From: Candidatus Multivoradales bacterium | GTDB taxonomy: Bacteria > Acidobacteriota > Thermoanaerobaculia > Multivoradales > JAHEKO01 | DNA length: 64,000 nucleotides | Direction of reading: 5' to 3' | Assembly (NCBI GenBank): GCA_965223155.1 | Contig: CBDCVR010000015.1 | Location: forward strand, 224,001-288,000 | Shown here: piece by piece, positions 53,959-64,000 of the stretch | How positions within the stretch are numbered: position 1 is the stretch's first letter | Layout: every line of letters begins with the position of its first letter | The notes under the pieces: generated by a model | Told to the model about the DNA's origin: nothing | The model's input: the letters and a program-made list of their open reading frames with translations, nothing else | Database searches by the model: none | Position numbers and translations under genes: made by a program

Positions 53959-55869
53959 TTAGCTCGCCTTGTCTTCGACATCGACGTACTCGGCGTCGAT
54001 GACCTCTTCGGCCTCGTCTCCCGGACTCGAACCGCCCTCGTCGGCGGACTCCCCACCGTCGGCGGCGCCCGCGTTCTGGTTGTACATGGCCTCGGCCACT
54101 TTATGAGACGCCGAGGTGAGCGAGGCCGAGGCGGCCTCCATCTGACTCAGGTCGTCCGCCTCGAGGGCCTTGCGCGCCTCCTCGAGAGCGCTCTCTAGAG
54201 CTCCCTTGTCGTCGGCGCTCATCGCCTCCCGGTGCTCGTCGTAGGTCTTCTGCGTCGTGTAGATCAACTGGTCCAGCTGGTTTCTGGCATCGACCTTCTT
54301 ACGCCGCTCCTTGTCTTCCTCGGCGTGCGACTCGGCGTCCTTGACCATTTGGGAGATCTCGTCCTCCTTGAGGCCGGACGAGCCCGTGATCGTGATGCTC
54401 TGCTCCTTGTTGGTTCCCAGGTCCTTGGCGGAGACGTTCAGAATGCCATTGGCGTCGATGTCGAACGTCACCTCGACCTGGGGCACGCCGCGGGGTGCAG
54501 GCGGAATGCCGACGAGATGGAACCGGCCCAGCGTGCGGCTGTCCTTCGCCATCTCGCGCTCCCCCTGAAGAACGTTGATCTCGACCGAGGTCTGGTTGTC
54601 GGCCGCGGTCGAGAAGACCTCGCTCTTCTTGCTGGGAATGGTCGTGTTGCGGTCGATCAGCTTGGTGAAGACACCACCCAGGGTCTCGATGCCCAGCGAC
54701 AAGGGCGTGACGTCGAGCAGCAGCACGTCTTTGACGTCGCCCCGCAGGACGCCGCCCTGGACCGCGGCGCCGATGGCCACGACCTCGTCTGGATTGACGC
54801 CCCGATGGGGTTCCTTGCCAAAGAAGTCCGCGACCAGCTTCTGGATCGCCGGCATCCGCGTCTGACCGCCGACCAGCACGACCTCGTCGATCGCGGAGGC
54901 ATCGACTCCGGCGTCCTTGAGCGCCGTGCGGCAGGGCTCGATGGAGCGCTGGATGACGTCCTCGACCATCTGCTCGAGCTTCGCGCGGCTGAGCTTCAGG
55001 TTGAGGTGCTTGGGACCGCTCGAGTCGGCGGTGATGAAGGGCAGGTTGATCTCGGTCTCGGATGCGCTCGACAGCTCGATCTTGGCCTTCTCTGCGGCCT
55101 CGCGCAGGCGCTGGACGGCCATCGGATCGTTCGACAGATCGATGCCCTGGTCGCGCTTGAACTCGTCCAGCAGCCAGTCGATCACCCGCTGGTCCAGGTT
55201 GTCGCCACCCAGGTGGGTGTCGCCGTTGGTGGCCTTGACCTCGACCACGCCGTCGCCGACCTCCAGAATCGAGATGTCGAAGGTTCCGCCGCCGAAGTCG
55301 TAGACCGCGATCAGTTCCTCGGTCTTGCGGTCCAGACCATAAGCCAGCGCCGCGGCGGTGGGCTCGTTGACCAACCGCTCCACGGTCAAGCCGGCGATCT
55401 TGCCGGCGTCTTTCGTGGCTTGACGCTGGGCGTCGTTGAAGTAGGCGGGAACCGTGATGACCGCGCGCTCGACCTTTTCGCCCAGATAGTCCTCGGCCGC
55501 CTGACGCAGCTTCTGGAGGATCATCGCCGAGATCTCTTCCGGCGAGTACTTCTTGTCGTCGATCGAGACCCGCACGCCGCCCTCGCTCGCGCCGGAAACG
55601 TCATAGGGGACCATCTTCAGCTCTTCATCGACCTCGCCGAAGCGCCGGCCCATGAACCGCTTGATCGAATAGATGGTCTTCTTGGGGTTGGTCACGGCCT
55701 GGCGCTTCGCCACCTGTCCGACCAGCCGCTCGCCGCCGTCGGTGAAGGCGACCACCGAGGGGGTGGTTCGATTTCCTTCCGAGTTGGGAATGACCTTGGC
55801 CTCGGTCCCCTCCATGACCGCGACGACGGAGTTCGTCGTACCCAGGTCGATACCGATGATTTTGCTCAA
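53959..55869 (-). CDS. dnaK: Chaperone DnaK (TTG start)
   Basis: [25 protein letters not shown] and [14 protein letters not shown]; AGGAGG SD. Confidence 0.97.
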   Translation of the reverse strand: MSKIIGIDLGTTNSVVAVMEGTEAKVIPNSEGNRTTPSVVAFTDGGERLVGQVAKRQAVTNPKKTIYSIKRFMGRRFGEVDEELKMVPYDVSGASEGGVRVSIDDKKYSPEEISAMILQKLRQAAEDYLGEKVERAVITVPAYFNDAQRQATKDAGKIAGLTVERLVNEPTAAALAYGLDRKTEELIAVYDFGGGTFDISILEVGDGVVEVKATNGDTHLGGDNLDQRVIDWLLDEFKRDQGIDLSNDPMAVQRLREAAEKAKIELSSASETEINLPFITADSSGPKHLNLKLSRAKLEQMVEDVIQRSIEPCRTALKDAGVDASAIDEVVLVGGQTRMPAIQKLVADFFGKEPHRGVNPDEVVAIGAAVQGGVLRGDVKDVLLLDVTPLSLGIETLGGVFTKLIDRNTTIPSKKSEVFSTAADNQTSVEINVLQGEREMAKDSRTLGRFHLVGIPPAPRGVPQVEVTFDIDANGILNVSAKDLGTNKEQSITITGSSGLKEDEISQMVKDAESHAEEDKERRKKVDARNQLDQLIYTTQKTYDEHREAMSADDKGALESALEEARKALEADDLSQMEAASASLTSASHKVAEAMYNQNAGAADGGESADEGGSSPGDEAEEVIDAEYVDVEDKAS

Positions 55870-55896
55870 TGCTGCCTCCTGAATGGGGTCAAATTA

Positions 55897-55917
55897 TCTT
55901 AGTGCGACACAGTCAAG
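55897..55917 (-). promoter_or_regulatory. HAIR-like (HspR operator) inverted repeat upstream of dnaK
   Basis: Minus strand CTTGACT-N7-ACTAAGA versus the HAIR consensus CTTGAGT-N7-ACTCAAG; hspR is in the same operon. Confidence 0.7.
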
Positions 55918-55977
55918 GTCGCATCCATTCAAATCTAACAGAATGTCGCTTAGATCTTATTCCCGCCCGAACCGAAC

Positions 55978-57318
55978 TCAGTCCAGGAGGACCAGAGGCG
56001 GTTCGCTACGCAGGTCCTCGACCAGGAACTCGGGATCCAACAGGAAGTTCTCGCCGATCGAATAGGACCAGACCGAGTCGGCCAGATCGGCGCCCTCGTC
56101 CTCGATCTGCACCAGGTAGCTGGCCGGTCCCGAGGTGAGCGCAAACGGGCGGCCGTGAGCATCCCGGGTGGCGCTCTGCGGCAGGAGCCGGTCCGCGACC
56201 AGGAGCGAGAGGTCCTCCGGATAACGACCGTCGAGCAGGAAGAACAAAGTCGAAGCATCCTCGATCCGGCGTACCGAGCTCAGGGTCCGCTCGGCGTCGA
56301 AGACGGTTCGGAGACCTCCATGCCAGGGAAACGGGAAGAGCAGCCGGCCCGGGATTGCCACCAGAACCCAGAGCATCGCCGCCAACAGCCCGACGCCCAT
56401 GGCCCGGGGCGGCCAGGGCGAGACCTCGGTCTTGCGGCGCTTCTTGGGTCGCCTGACGTCGCCATGCGCCTCGGCGACAGGAGCCTCCAGCTCGTCGTCG
56501 GCGAACCCCGGCATGATCGCATCCAAGCCCAGACCGGCGACCACCTCTCCGGGCGAGGTCCCGGGCTCGGCCAGAGGCGGCACCGGCTCGGCGGCCTCCG
56601 ACAGCGCCTCAATCAAGCCGCTTCTGAGCCAGGGCGCCGCCAGCGCTTGGGCGGTGAAGACTGTCAGACCCAGTCGCTCGGCGATCTCGGCCAAGCTGTC
56701 CGCGCCGTCCAGAGCTCGGTACAACTCCTCGGCCTCCGGACGCTCGCTGTCGCGCACTTCCCCGGGGACCGCGCTGGCGAGATCACCGGCGATCAGCGCT
56801 CGATAGCGCGTATCCCCCCAGGGCACGGATTCGCCAAAGGGGCCGGCCGCGCCCAGATCGATCGACGCCCGGACCAGGAGCTCGTCGACGTCCAGCGGCC
56901 GGATACCTTTCTCGTAGGCGACGTCTTCACCCTGGTAGAAGCGATACTCGCCCTTCTTCCAGGTCAGCGCCTGCCGGCAGAGCCCGTACGTATGCGTGCG
57001 CAGGGCGTCCAGAAGCTGCTCGCGCGTCATGAACGAGCGCTCCAGCAGGAGATCGGAGACCCGCCCTCCCCCGGCCTGATACTCCGCCACGAGGCCCGCG
57101 AAGTCGTCGCTGCCGAGCATGCCCGCGTCCACCAGCACCTCGCCCAACCCATCCTCCAGAGACTGGTTGAGCGCGTCGGCCGAGACCACGCCGCCCTCCA
57201 GGAAGGAAAAGGCGATGATCTCCTCCTCCCCCTGGACGGTCAGGATGCCGGTCCTGCGCTCGGACCTGAGCGCGCGCAAGGCATCCACGAGTGCCGCGTT
57301 TTCCAGGACGCCTTCCAT
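55978..57318 (-). CDS. DUF4388 (PATAN-like) domain membrane protein
   Basis: MEG.L....LVD.L......RTGIL...F..G.VV.A, LGEVLV and W..G.YRF; TM near the C-terminus. Confidence 0.75.
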   Translation of the reverse strand: MEGVLENAALVDALRALRSERRTGILTVQGEEEIIAFSFLEGGVVSADALNQSLEDGLGEVLVDAGMLGSDDFAGLVAEYQAGGGRVSDLLLERSFMTREQLLDALRTHTYGLCRQALTWKKGEYRFYQGEDVAYEKGIRPLDVDELLVRASIDLGAAGPFGESVPWGDTRYRALIAGDLASAVPGEVRDSERPEAEELYRALDGADSLAEIAERLGLTVFTAQALAAPWLRSGLIEALSEAAEPVPPLAEPGTSPGEVVAGLGLDAIMPGFADDELEAPVAEAHGDVRRPKKRRKTEVSPWPPRAMGVGLLAAMLWVLVAIPGRLLFPFPWHGGLRTVFDAERTLSSVRRIEDASTLFFLLDGRYPEDLSLLVADRLLPQSATRDAHGRPFALTSGPASYLVQIEDEGADLADSVWSYSIGENFLLDPEFLVEDLRSEPPLVLLD

Positions 57319-57320
57319 GG

Positions 57321-59102
57321 CTAGTCGCTCTCTCCTGGATGTCTCATGAGGCGAAATCCGCGTACCGCCAGGTAGGCGATCAGTAGAATCAGTGGCAGAA
57401 AGCTGAGGGACCTGACGCTACCGGTGAGGCTCCAGGGCACGCCCGACGCGATTCGGCTCCAGAAGTTGAGTCCCAGCAGGATCAAGGGCACGGCGAGCGC
57501 AATCACCGCCGCTGGCCAACGCCCCGTCTCGCCCTCGAAGAACCCCGGCAGCAAAGTCCGGCGCAGTGTCTCGAACGGCTCGGCGAACCACGACGGCTCG
57601 ATGCGGCGGGAGCGGTTCCCGCTCCGGCGCGCGATGAAGTACAGCCCAATCGCCAGCAGTGCGAAGACAAAGACGAGCGGCAGCGACATCGTCCGCCGCC
57701 AGAAGGTCGTCAGATCCCGTTCTGCATCGCGCTCACTCCAGACGGAGGTCAGCTCCCGACGGACTTCCTTCATCCGGGCGAAGCCGCCGCCGGCCATGAC
57801 GACTCGGTTGTCCTCCTGCCGCCGGATCCACTCCGCGACCCGCTCCGAATCAATCTCGCTTGCCGACCGAAGCGCGGTCTCGGACTCGTCAAAACGATAC
57901 TTCTCGGACAGGGCCCGGCTCAGGACAAAGAGCGTCTCGGGCGTCGACCGGTCCAATTCGGTCGCCTGGCGCAAGCGCTGAATCGCCCGGTCCAGATCTC
58001 CCTCGTAGAAGAGGCAAGTGCCGAGGTTGCCAATCGCGGCGGCGTTTTCCGGCTCCGCCGAGAGCACCCGGTTGTAGTGCTGTCGGGCCAGCTCCCACTG
58101 GTGCATCCGCAGGTGCAGATCAGCCAAGAAATGATCCGCGGCCGGGCTGCCGTCCAAGTCTTCGACCAGGGGCGCCAGGTCGTGGAAGAGAGTGCCGGTC
58201 AACCGCCCGTCGACGACGTTCTGCATGGCCCGCACACTCGGCGTCGAAGCGCTTCGCATGCGATTGAGCTGGGTTTCGACGAGCAGCGGAACCAAGCTCA
58301 CGAAGAGCCAGACTCCAACCAGGGCGGCGCGCTCCCACCGACTGCCGTACCCCCAGACCAGGAGAGACCAAAAAAGCGCCAACCAGAGCAGGCCGGAGGG
58401 CAGGAGAACCGGCCACAGCAAGAGCGCCGCGCACAGCACGTGCGCCACCCAGGACGGTACCGAGCGAGAAAAGAACCGCACCACGTCCCGGAACAGGAGG
58501 ATGCCGCGGGTCGCCCACTGAACCGCCACGAAGGCTCCCGCGACCAGGGTCAGCATGGTCAGCGACCAGAAGAGCGCGTCCCCGATCAGCGACTGGCGAT
58601 AGAGCGGCTGCGCCAGGGTCCGCACCCACGCCCGCGCTTGCCAGAGCAGTGCCTCGAGACCGCTGCCTTCAGCCCGAACCAAGGACGCGCGAACCACGGC
58701 CACCTCCGGAGTGCCAGGGTCGAGCCGTTCCGCCATCTCGACGGCGGCACGGGCTTGCTCAAGGCTTCCGGCCCGTACCAGCCGGTCCCCGGCGGCAGCG
58801 GCGGCGACCGCGAGCTGCGGCAGCCGCGCCATGTCGATCACCGTGGCGGCGGCGAGCAGATCCTCGCCACTGCGTCCGGCCCGGGCCAAGTCGCCTTCCT
58901 GAGCCGCCGCCAACCAGTCGATCCAGGTCTCCTGAATGCGCTGGAGGCGCTGCCGCATCTCCTCGCGCAAGGGCACGCTGCCTTCGGTCTGCGCGCTCAG
59001 CCCAACGGGCGCCACCACCAGCAGCGCCAACAGCAGCGCGGCCACCAGCGCGCTCGGCAACCAGGCAATGGCGCGGCGCGACCTTGCGGCAACCCGAGAC
59101 AT
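57321..59102 (-). CDS. TPR-containing membrane protein
   Basis: Signal peptide; TM bundle; TPRs (NAAAIGNLG...AI..L.QA.ELD). Confidence 0.72.
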   Translation of the reverse strand: MSRVAARSRRAIAWLPSALVAALLLALLVVAPVGLSAQTEGSVPLREEMRQRLQRIQETWIDWLAAAQEGDLARAGRSGEDLLAAATVIDMARLPQLAVAAAAAGDRLVRAGSLEQARAAVEMAERLDPGTPEVAVVRASLVRAEGSGLEALLWQARAWVRTLAQPLYRQSLIGDALFWSLTMLTLVAGAFVAVQWATRGILLFRDVVRFFSRSVPSWVAHVLCAALLLWPVLLPSGLLWLALFWSLLVWGYGSRWERAALVGVWLFVSLVPLLVETQLNRMRSASTPSVRAMQNVVDGRLTGTLFHDLAPLVEDLDGSPAADHFLADLHLRMHQWELARQHYNRVLSAEPENAAAIGNLGTCLFYEGDLDRAIQRLRQATELDRSTPETLFVLSRALSEKYRFDESETALRSASEIDSERVAEWIRRQEDNRVVMAGGGFARMKEVRRELTSVWSERDAERDLTTFWRRTMSLPLVFVFALLAIGLYFIARRSGNRSRRIEPSWFAEPFETLRRTLLPGFFEGETGRWPAAVIALAVPLILLGLNFWSRIASGVPWSLTGSVRSLSFLPLILLIAYLAVRGFRLMRHPGESD

Positions 59103-59114
59103 GACCTGATGCCG

Positions 59115-59603
59115 CTAGCCCTGCTGCTTCTCGACGAAGCGCATGCGCAGGTTATAGAGAAGATCCTGGAGGGCCTGCGACTCCTGGGCCGTCCGGTTGC
59201 CCTCGGTCTTGCGCTGCAAGACCTCGATGAGGTCGATGTAGAACCGGGCAGCTTCCAGGTTCTCAGCCGAGCCGCCGTCGGGAAGCGCCGCGTCGCCCAG
59301 CAACAAGGGCAGCGGATCCGCCAGAACTGCGACCAGCTCGAGCAGTCCGGGGCCGGGGCCGGGCGCTTCAGGCTCCTGAGTCGTAGCGGCGCTCGGTTCC
59401 CCCGTCGCCGGATCCACGATCCGGGCAGGCCCGGACGGTTCTTGCGCCCGCCCCGCTCCGGCCGGAGCTCGAGACGCCGTACCCGCCGAGCGCGACGGTG
59501 CCACATCCTCGGCCGCTGCGCCTGGATCCTCGAGCTCTCGGCGCAATTCACCCTCGGCAGTGAACATGCGCTTGTCGGTTACCTTGAATTCGCCTTCGGA
59601 CAT
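59115..59603 (-). CDS. DUF1844 domain protein
   Basis: FKVTDKR N-terminus; A...IDL...L..KTEGN.T..E...L...LY.LRMRFV. Confidence 0.8.
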   Translation of the reverse strand: MSEGEFKVTDKRMFTAEGELRRELEDPGAAAEDVAPSRSAGTASRAPAGAGRAQEPSGPARIVDPATGEPSAATTQEPEAPGPGPGLLELVAVLADPLPLLLGDAALPDGGSAENLEAARFYIDLIEVLQRKTEGNRTAQESQALQDLLYNLRMRFVEKQQG

Positions 59604-59675
59604 CGGCCAGCCTCGCGGCAATCGTAGCGCAAGGCGTTTCCCGAGGTCCAAGGTACGATCGGCCGGGATCCGACC

Positions 59676-60506
59676 ATGACCGATCGCCTGGCCAAGCTCG
59701 AACAATTGGTGGATCGGCTCCGCGGGCCCGACGGCTGCGCCTGGGATCAAGAGCAGGACCTTCCCAGGGTGCGCAGCTATCTCCTGGAAGAGGCTCACGA
59801 GGTCGCGGCCGCCATCGACGCCGGCGATCGCGGAGAGGTCACCGAAGAGCTCGGCGACCTTCTGTTCCAGATCGTGTTCGTGGCTCGGTTGCTGGCCGAG
59901 GCCGAGGCCTTCACGCTGGACGAGGTGATCGATCGGGTGCACGGCAAGATGGTCGAACGACACCCCCATGTCTTCGGCTCCGAGCGCATCGACAGCGCCG
60001 ACGGCGTCAACCGTGCCTGGGAGCGGGGCAAACGCTCTCGCCGGGGAGCGGCGCATGCTTCGGCCTCGGCATTGGACGGGCTGCCTCGGACCCTGCCCGC
60101 CCTCGTCACGGCACTGCGCCTGTCACAAAAGGCGGCCGGGGCCGGATTCGACTGGTCCTCCGCCGACGAGGTCCTGACCAAGCTGGATGAGGAACGGCGC
60201 GAGCTCGACCTGGCGCGGCAGCGGCAGAACGCCGACGAGACCGCCGAAGAGATCGGGGACCTTCTGTTCGTTCTGGCCAACCTGGCCCGCAAGCTCGGCG
60301 TCGACCCGGAGGCGGCGCTGCAGGCAGCCAATGGCAAGTTCCGGCGCAGGTTCCGCGGGCTGGAAGAGCTCGCCGGGGGAGAAGTCCCCCTCGCCGATCT
60401 CGGTGCCGGCGAGCTCGAGCGGCTCTGGAACGAAGTCAAGGCCCGGGAGCGACGATCGGCTCCCGCGGGCTCGGTGTCTCCTGAATCGGCCGATTCGGGA
60501 AACTAG
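59676..60506 (+). CDS. mazG: Nucleoside triphosphate pyrophosphohydrolase MazG
   Basis: LR.P.GC.WD.EQ, EELGDLL, RHPHVF, GFDW, EEIGDLLF and N.KF.RRF. Confidence 0.93.
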   Translation: MTDRLAKLEQLVDRLRGPDGCAWDQEQDLPRVRSYLLEEAHEVAAAIDAGDRGEVTEELGDLLFQIVFVARLLAEAEAFTLDEVIDRVHGKMVERHPHVFGSERIDSADGVNRAWERGKRSRRGAAHASASALDGLPRTLPALVTALRLSQKAAGAGFDWSSADEVLTKLDEERRELDLARQRQNADETAEEIGDLLFVLANLARKLGVDPEAALQAANGKFRRRFRGLEELAGGEVPLADLGAGELERLWNEVKARERRSAPAGSVSPESADSGN

Positions 60507-60530
60507 GTCGATCGGGCCGGCTCGGCCCGG

Positions 60531-61727
60531 CTACGCCGCCTTGGCGATAGCCTCTTCGGCAAGAAGCTCGAGTGCCCGCTCCAGAACCGGGTCATCGTCT
60601 TTTTCGGGCTGCGTCTCGCCGGCCCCGGTGCGACCGGCACTGGCCCGCACTTCGACGTCGGGCTCCAGGCGCTCGTTGAGTGGCTGGCCCTCGCGCGCCT
60701 CGTAGAAGGCGTCGGTCAGAAACAACATCGCACCGTTGGCAAGAGTGCGACCGGTCCGGCGCCCGGCGTGGCCGAAGGTCGCACCGCCGACGCGGCGGGC
60801 GCCGAGACGCTCGCCCAGAATCGCCGCGAAGAGCTCGGCGGCGCCCTGCGTCCCACGGTTCGTGAGCACCAGGACTTCCCCGCTCCAGACCGCGGGCCGC
60901 TCCGACGGAAAGGCCTCAATCGCCTCTCCCCGTTTGGCCAGACGCGCCAGCGAGCCGTCGACGAAAAGATCGGCCGCCCGCAAAGACGCGGCGATCTCGG
61001 CGTCCGAACCGCCCGCCGCCCCGCGAAGATCCAGAATCAGGGAACCGCCGGCCGCCTCCGAGCTCAGCAGCTCAGCCAGCGATTCGACCGTACCCTGATC
61101 GAACCAAGAGATACGTACGATCTGCACCCCGTCCTGCTCGAACGCCTCGGTGGCCGAGCCCGGCTCGCCGGCCAGAACGAGCTCGCCTTCATGCTGCTGG
61201 CCCTGACGCAACCACTCGATCGCCAGCACCGTCCCCGGCTCGCCGGCCAGAAGCGTCTGCACCTGCCAGAGCCCCAGCAGCCGGGTCGAGCGACCGTCGA
61301 TCTCGGCCAGGATGTCCCCGGTCTCCAGCCCCAGCTCGGCGCCCGGGCTCTCGGGAGCGACCGCGACGACGTAGAGAATCCCGCGCTCTCGGGCCACGAA
61401 GACGCCGCTACGCGAGCGGCCCACGCCGAGGAAGGCGTTGTACTCGTCGATTCGATCCGCGGGCACGAAGGTGGCCAGAGGATCGAGCGCGTCAACGGTC
61501 CCATCGAAGGCTCCCGTAAACAAGCTGTCCGTGTCGGTCTCGTCCACGTAACGGCTCCGAATCAACGACAGCACGTCGGAGAAGACGGTTACCTCCCGGT
61601 AAAACGAGTCGGGCTCGGCGACGGCGTGACGCAGCGTGCCGGCGGCCACTGGCAGGAGCACCAGGATCGTCGCGAGCACCAGCCACAGCCGCGAACGCCG
61701 GCAGGAAGAGTTGGTCTCGTCCTTCAT
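60531..61727 (-). CDS. S41 (CtpA-like) PDZ protein with degenerate active site
   Basis: YVD...LDP, PDZ (SPG...GL..GD.L..IDG), LILDLR...GG and PDV; TQGAAE and TFGHA replace TASASE and TFGKG. Confidence 0.8.
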   Translation of the reverse strand: MKDETNSSCRRSRLWLVLATILVLLPVAAGTLRHAVAEPDSFYREVTVFSDVLSLIRSRYVDETDTDSLFTGAFDGTVDALDPLATFVPADRIDEYNAFLGVGRSRSGVFVARERGILYVVAVAPESPGAELGLETGDILAEIDGRSTRLLGLWQVQTLLAGEPGTVLAIEWLRQGQQHEGELVLAGEPGSATEAFEQDGVQIVRISWFDQGTVESLAELLSSEAAGGSLILDLRGAAGGSDAEIAASLRAADLFVDGSLARLAKRGEAIEAFPSERPAVWSGEVLVLTNRGTQGAAELFAAILGERLGARRVGGATFGHAGRRTGRTLANGAMLFLTDAFYEAREGQPLNERLEPDVEVRASAGRTGAGETQPEKDDDPVLERALELLAEEAIAKAA

Positions 61728-62848
61728 TGCAACCATTCCTGGGGATCGCGTGGATCGTTCTCAACCCGGATCTCGAAGTACAAGCGGGCCGATACCGTCC
61801 CCAGAACTGTGTCCAAAGCTACCACATCGCCGCGCTCCACCAGCAGCCTGTCGAGGCCCGAATAGAGGGAAAAGACCTGTTCCGGATGGTGCACGACGAC
61901 GGTGCGGCCGAAGTCCTCGAACTCAGCGGCGAAGATCACGGCACCGGCATACACCGCGCGTACCGGCGTGCCCGGAACGGTCTCCACCGTGACCCCGTTG
62001 TGGGGCACTTGCGTGCCATACCGCGGATCCCGGCGGGGACCGAAAGGGACACTCACGGTCCCATCGACCGGCCAGTCCAGGACACCCCGAAAGGACTGGA
62101 TAGGCGGTCCGCCGAGCGGCGCTTCGGCCTGGCCAACCGCGGCCGCGATCAGCAGAGCGAGCCGCCGTTCCCGTTCTCCTAGCGCTCGGGTCCGCCGAGC
62201 CAGGCGTTGCCGCTCCCGCACCAGCGCCTGGGCCACCAGATCCTGACGCCGGCGCGCGTCCCGAAGCTCGTCTAACCGGCCGCGTTCACGCTGAAGAGCC
62301 GCCGCTACGTCCGTGCGATCACGCTCCAGGCGCTCGCGGGTCGCGACCAGCTCGGCCTGCAAGCGACGCACGTGGCGCAGCAGCAGGGCGTCCCGGCGGG
62401 CGAGCCAGCGCAAAGCCCGGACCTGGCCGAAAAGATCTGCCGGGGATTTCACCGTCACGAAGGCCTTCAGCCAGTCGACCGCGGTCACTCGCAGCAACGC
62501 CGCCAAGCGGCGGGCCAGGCGCGACCTGGTCGCATCGCGCTCCATCTCCAATTGCCCGAGCCGCCTCTCACTCTCGGTCAGCGCATCCTCGGCCAGCTCG
62601 CGGCGCAACCGCGCCGCCCGCACCAGATGCTCCTGCCGGCCCACTTCGAGGTCCAGCCGCCGCAGCTCGGCCTCCACCCCGGACCGGCTGCGGCCGACCT
62701 TCTCGAGCTCGCCCTCGAGGCCGGCGATCTCGGCCTGGAGCCGCTCGAGCGCGGCCTCCCGATCCACCGCTCCCTGCGCCGGAACCGCGCCGGCCGCAGT
62801 CCCCACGAGTCCGGCAACCGCCAAACTCAGCAACGTTCGGGGCCTCAT
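61724..62848 (-). CDS. envC: Murein hydrolase activator EnvC-like (coiled coil plus degenerate M23 domain)
   Basis: Signal peptide; long coiled coil; WPV.G; HNGVT; LYFEIR...DP..WL lacking Zn ligands. Confidence 0.8.
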   Translation of the reverse strand: MRPRTLLSLAVAGLVGTAAGAVPAQGAVDREAALERLQAEIAGLEGELEKVGRSRSGVEAELRRLDLEVGRQEHLVRAARLRRELAEDALTESERRLGQLEMERDATRSRLARRLAALLRVTAVDWLKAFVTVKSPADLFGQVRALRWLARRDALLLRHVRRLQAELVATRERLERDRTDVAAALQRERGRLDELRDARRRQDLVAQALVRERQRLARRTRALGERERRLALLIAAAVGQAEAPLGGPPIQSFRGVLDWPVDGTVSVPFGPRRDPRYGTQVPHNGVTVETVPGTPVRAVYAGAVIFAAEFEDFGRTVVVHHPEQVFSLYSGLDRLLVERGDVVALDTVLGTVSARLYFEIRVENDPRDPQEWLQ

Positions 62849-62913
62849 CGGCCGATGCTACGATCATTCCCCGGCCGCCGCGACCGGCACCTAGCGGCAC
62901 CGGCTAAGGAAAC

Positions 62914-64000
62914 GTGCTCTCGTTCTCGCACAGTGGTCCCAACGCCCGCTCGCCCTTGGCCCGCCGGCGGTTGGCCGCCTGTCTGCTGGCTCCCGTAGCT
63001 GCCCTCGCCGCTTGCGGCAGCGATCCAGCACCGCCGGGAAAGCAGCCGCTGGTGCTCGCGATCGAGAACGCACCCACCCATCTGGACCCGCGCCTGGGAA
63101 GCGATCTGGCTTCGGGCCGGGTTTTCGAGCTTGTGCTCAACGGCCTGGTGAAAAAGGACCGTGGCGGCAATCTCGTCCCGGACCTTGCCACGGGCTGGAA
63201 CGTCCTGGACGAAGGCCTGCGCTATCGCTTCTCACTGGTGCCGGGCGTCCGCTTTCACGACGGCCGGCCCTTGACCAGCCGGGACGTCGCGTGGACCTTC
63301 AACTCGATGGTGGACGGCACGGTCACCTCACCCAAGCGGGGTGGCTTCCCCCAACTGGTACGAGTCGATGCCGTTGACGAGACCACGGTCGATTTCGTGC
63401 TGTCGGAGCCCTACGGAGCGCTGTTGACCGAGCTGACTTCTTTTACCGGCATCGTGCCGGACGGCGTCCTCCCCGAAGCCATGAACGAGACTCCCATCGG
63501 GTCGGGCCCTTACCGCGTGATCGAGCGAACGCCAGACCGGCTCGAGCTCGAAGCGTTCGCCGACTACTTCGGACCCGCGCCCCGTACCGCTCGGGTCCGC
63601 CTGCGCGAGGTACCCGACGCGACCGTACGGGCCTTGGAGCTCCGCAAAGGCTCGGTTCATCTCTTGATCAACGCCCTGCCGCCGGACGTCGTTGTCGATT
63701 TCACCGACCAACCGGGTTTCCGGGTGCTGACTACTCCCGGATCGTCGTACCGGTACCTGGGGCTCAACCTCGAAGACCCGGCCCTAGCGGACGCGCGGGT
63801 GCGCCGCGCCATTGCCCACGCCATCGACCGGCCGCGCATCATCAAGAGCCTCTTCCGCAACCTGGGAACTCCGACTGAGACCATGATTCCACCCGGGCAT
63901 TGGGCCCGCCACGAAGACCTCGACCCGATCGCCTTCGATCCGGAGCTGGCGCGCCGGCTTCTGGACGAAGCCGGCCTGCCGGACCCCGATGGCGACGGTC
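62914..64000 (+). CDS. Family 5 (Opp/Dpp) ABC substrate-binding lipoprotein, partial
   Basis: AAGGA SD, then GTG; lipobox LAAC; LDP; PDLA..W; FHDG; PIGSGPY; D.RVRRAI..AIDR. Runs off the window end. Confidence 0.88.
   Translation, partial: MLSFSHSGPNARSPLARRRLAACLLAPVAALAACGSDPAPPGKQPLVLAIENAPTHLDPRLGSDLASGRVFELVLNGLVKKDRGGNLVPDLATGWNVLDEGLRYRFSLVPGVRFHDGRPLTSRDVAWTFNSMVDGTVTSPKRGGFPQLVRVDAVDETTVDFVLSEPYGALLTELTSFTGIVPDGVLPEAMNETPIGSGPYRVIERTPDRLELEAFADYFGPAPRTARVRLREVPDATVRALELRKGSVHLLINALPPDVVVDFTDQPGFRVLTTPGSSYRYLGLNLEDPALADARVRRAIAHAIDRPRIIKSLFRNLGTPTETMIPPGHWARHEDLDPIAFDPELARRLLDEAGLPDPDGDG

Overview
A GC-rich, gene-dense bacterial chromosomal window. A GWxTD-like protein, DUF4388, DUF1844, a Gld-type ABC operon and dnaK-hspR-dnaC-like linkage suggest Acidobacteriota, but this is inference. 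No rRNA, tRNA, CRISPR array or transposase was recognised. Most of the window is housekeeping: ugd end, uxs, fabH, folE, rlmD-like, mutase/meaB/mce, dinB, fumC, carAB, aroF, dnaK, mazG, envC. Six things stand out. (1) A compact sugar-phosphate-utilisation-type bacterial microcompartment (43293-48676): RpiB, DeoC and an acylating aldehyde dehydrogenase, each with an N-terminal encapsulation peptide, plus six shell genes. It has no regulator, sits 4 bp downstream of a SpoIID gene, and lies directly upstream of a fimT-pilV-pilW-pilX-pilY1 pilus-tip cluster, making it a candidate DNA-as-food module. (2) A hidden CxxU selenoprotein with an fdhF-like SECIS hairpin that the ORF track misses. (3) Tandem NrdR-type boxes with no ribonucleotide reductase in the window, between a histone H1-like gene and a B12-dependent mutase. 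(4) An archaeal-type (class II) GAPDH homologue. (5) An apparently catalytically dead S41 protease coupled to envC. (6) Several leaderless-type promoters. All calls come from reading motifs by eye; no searches were run.
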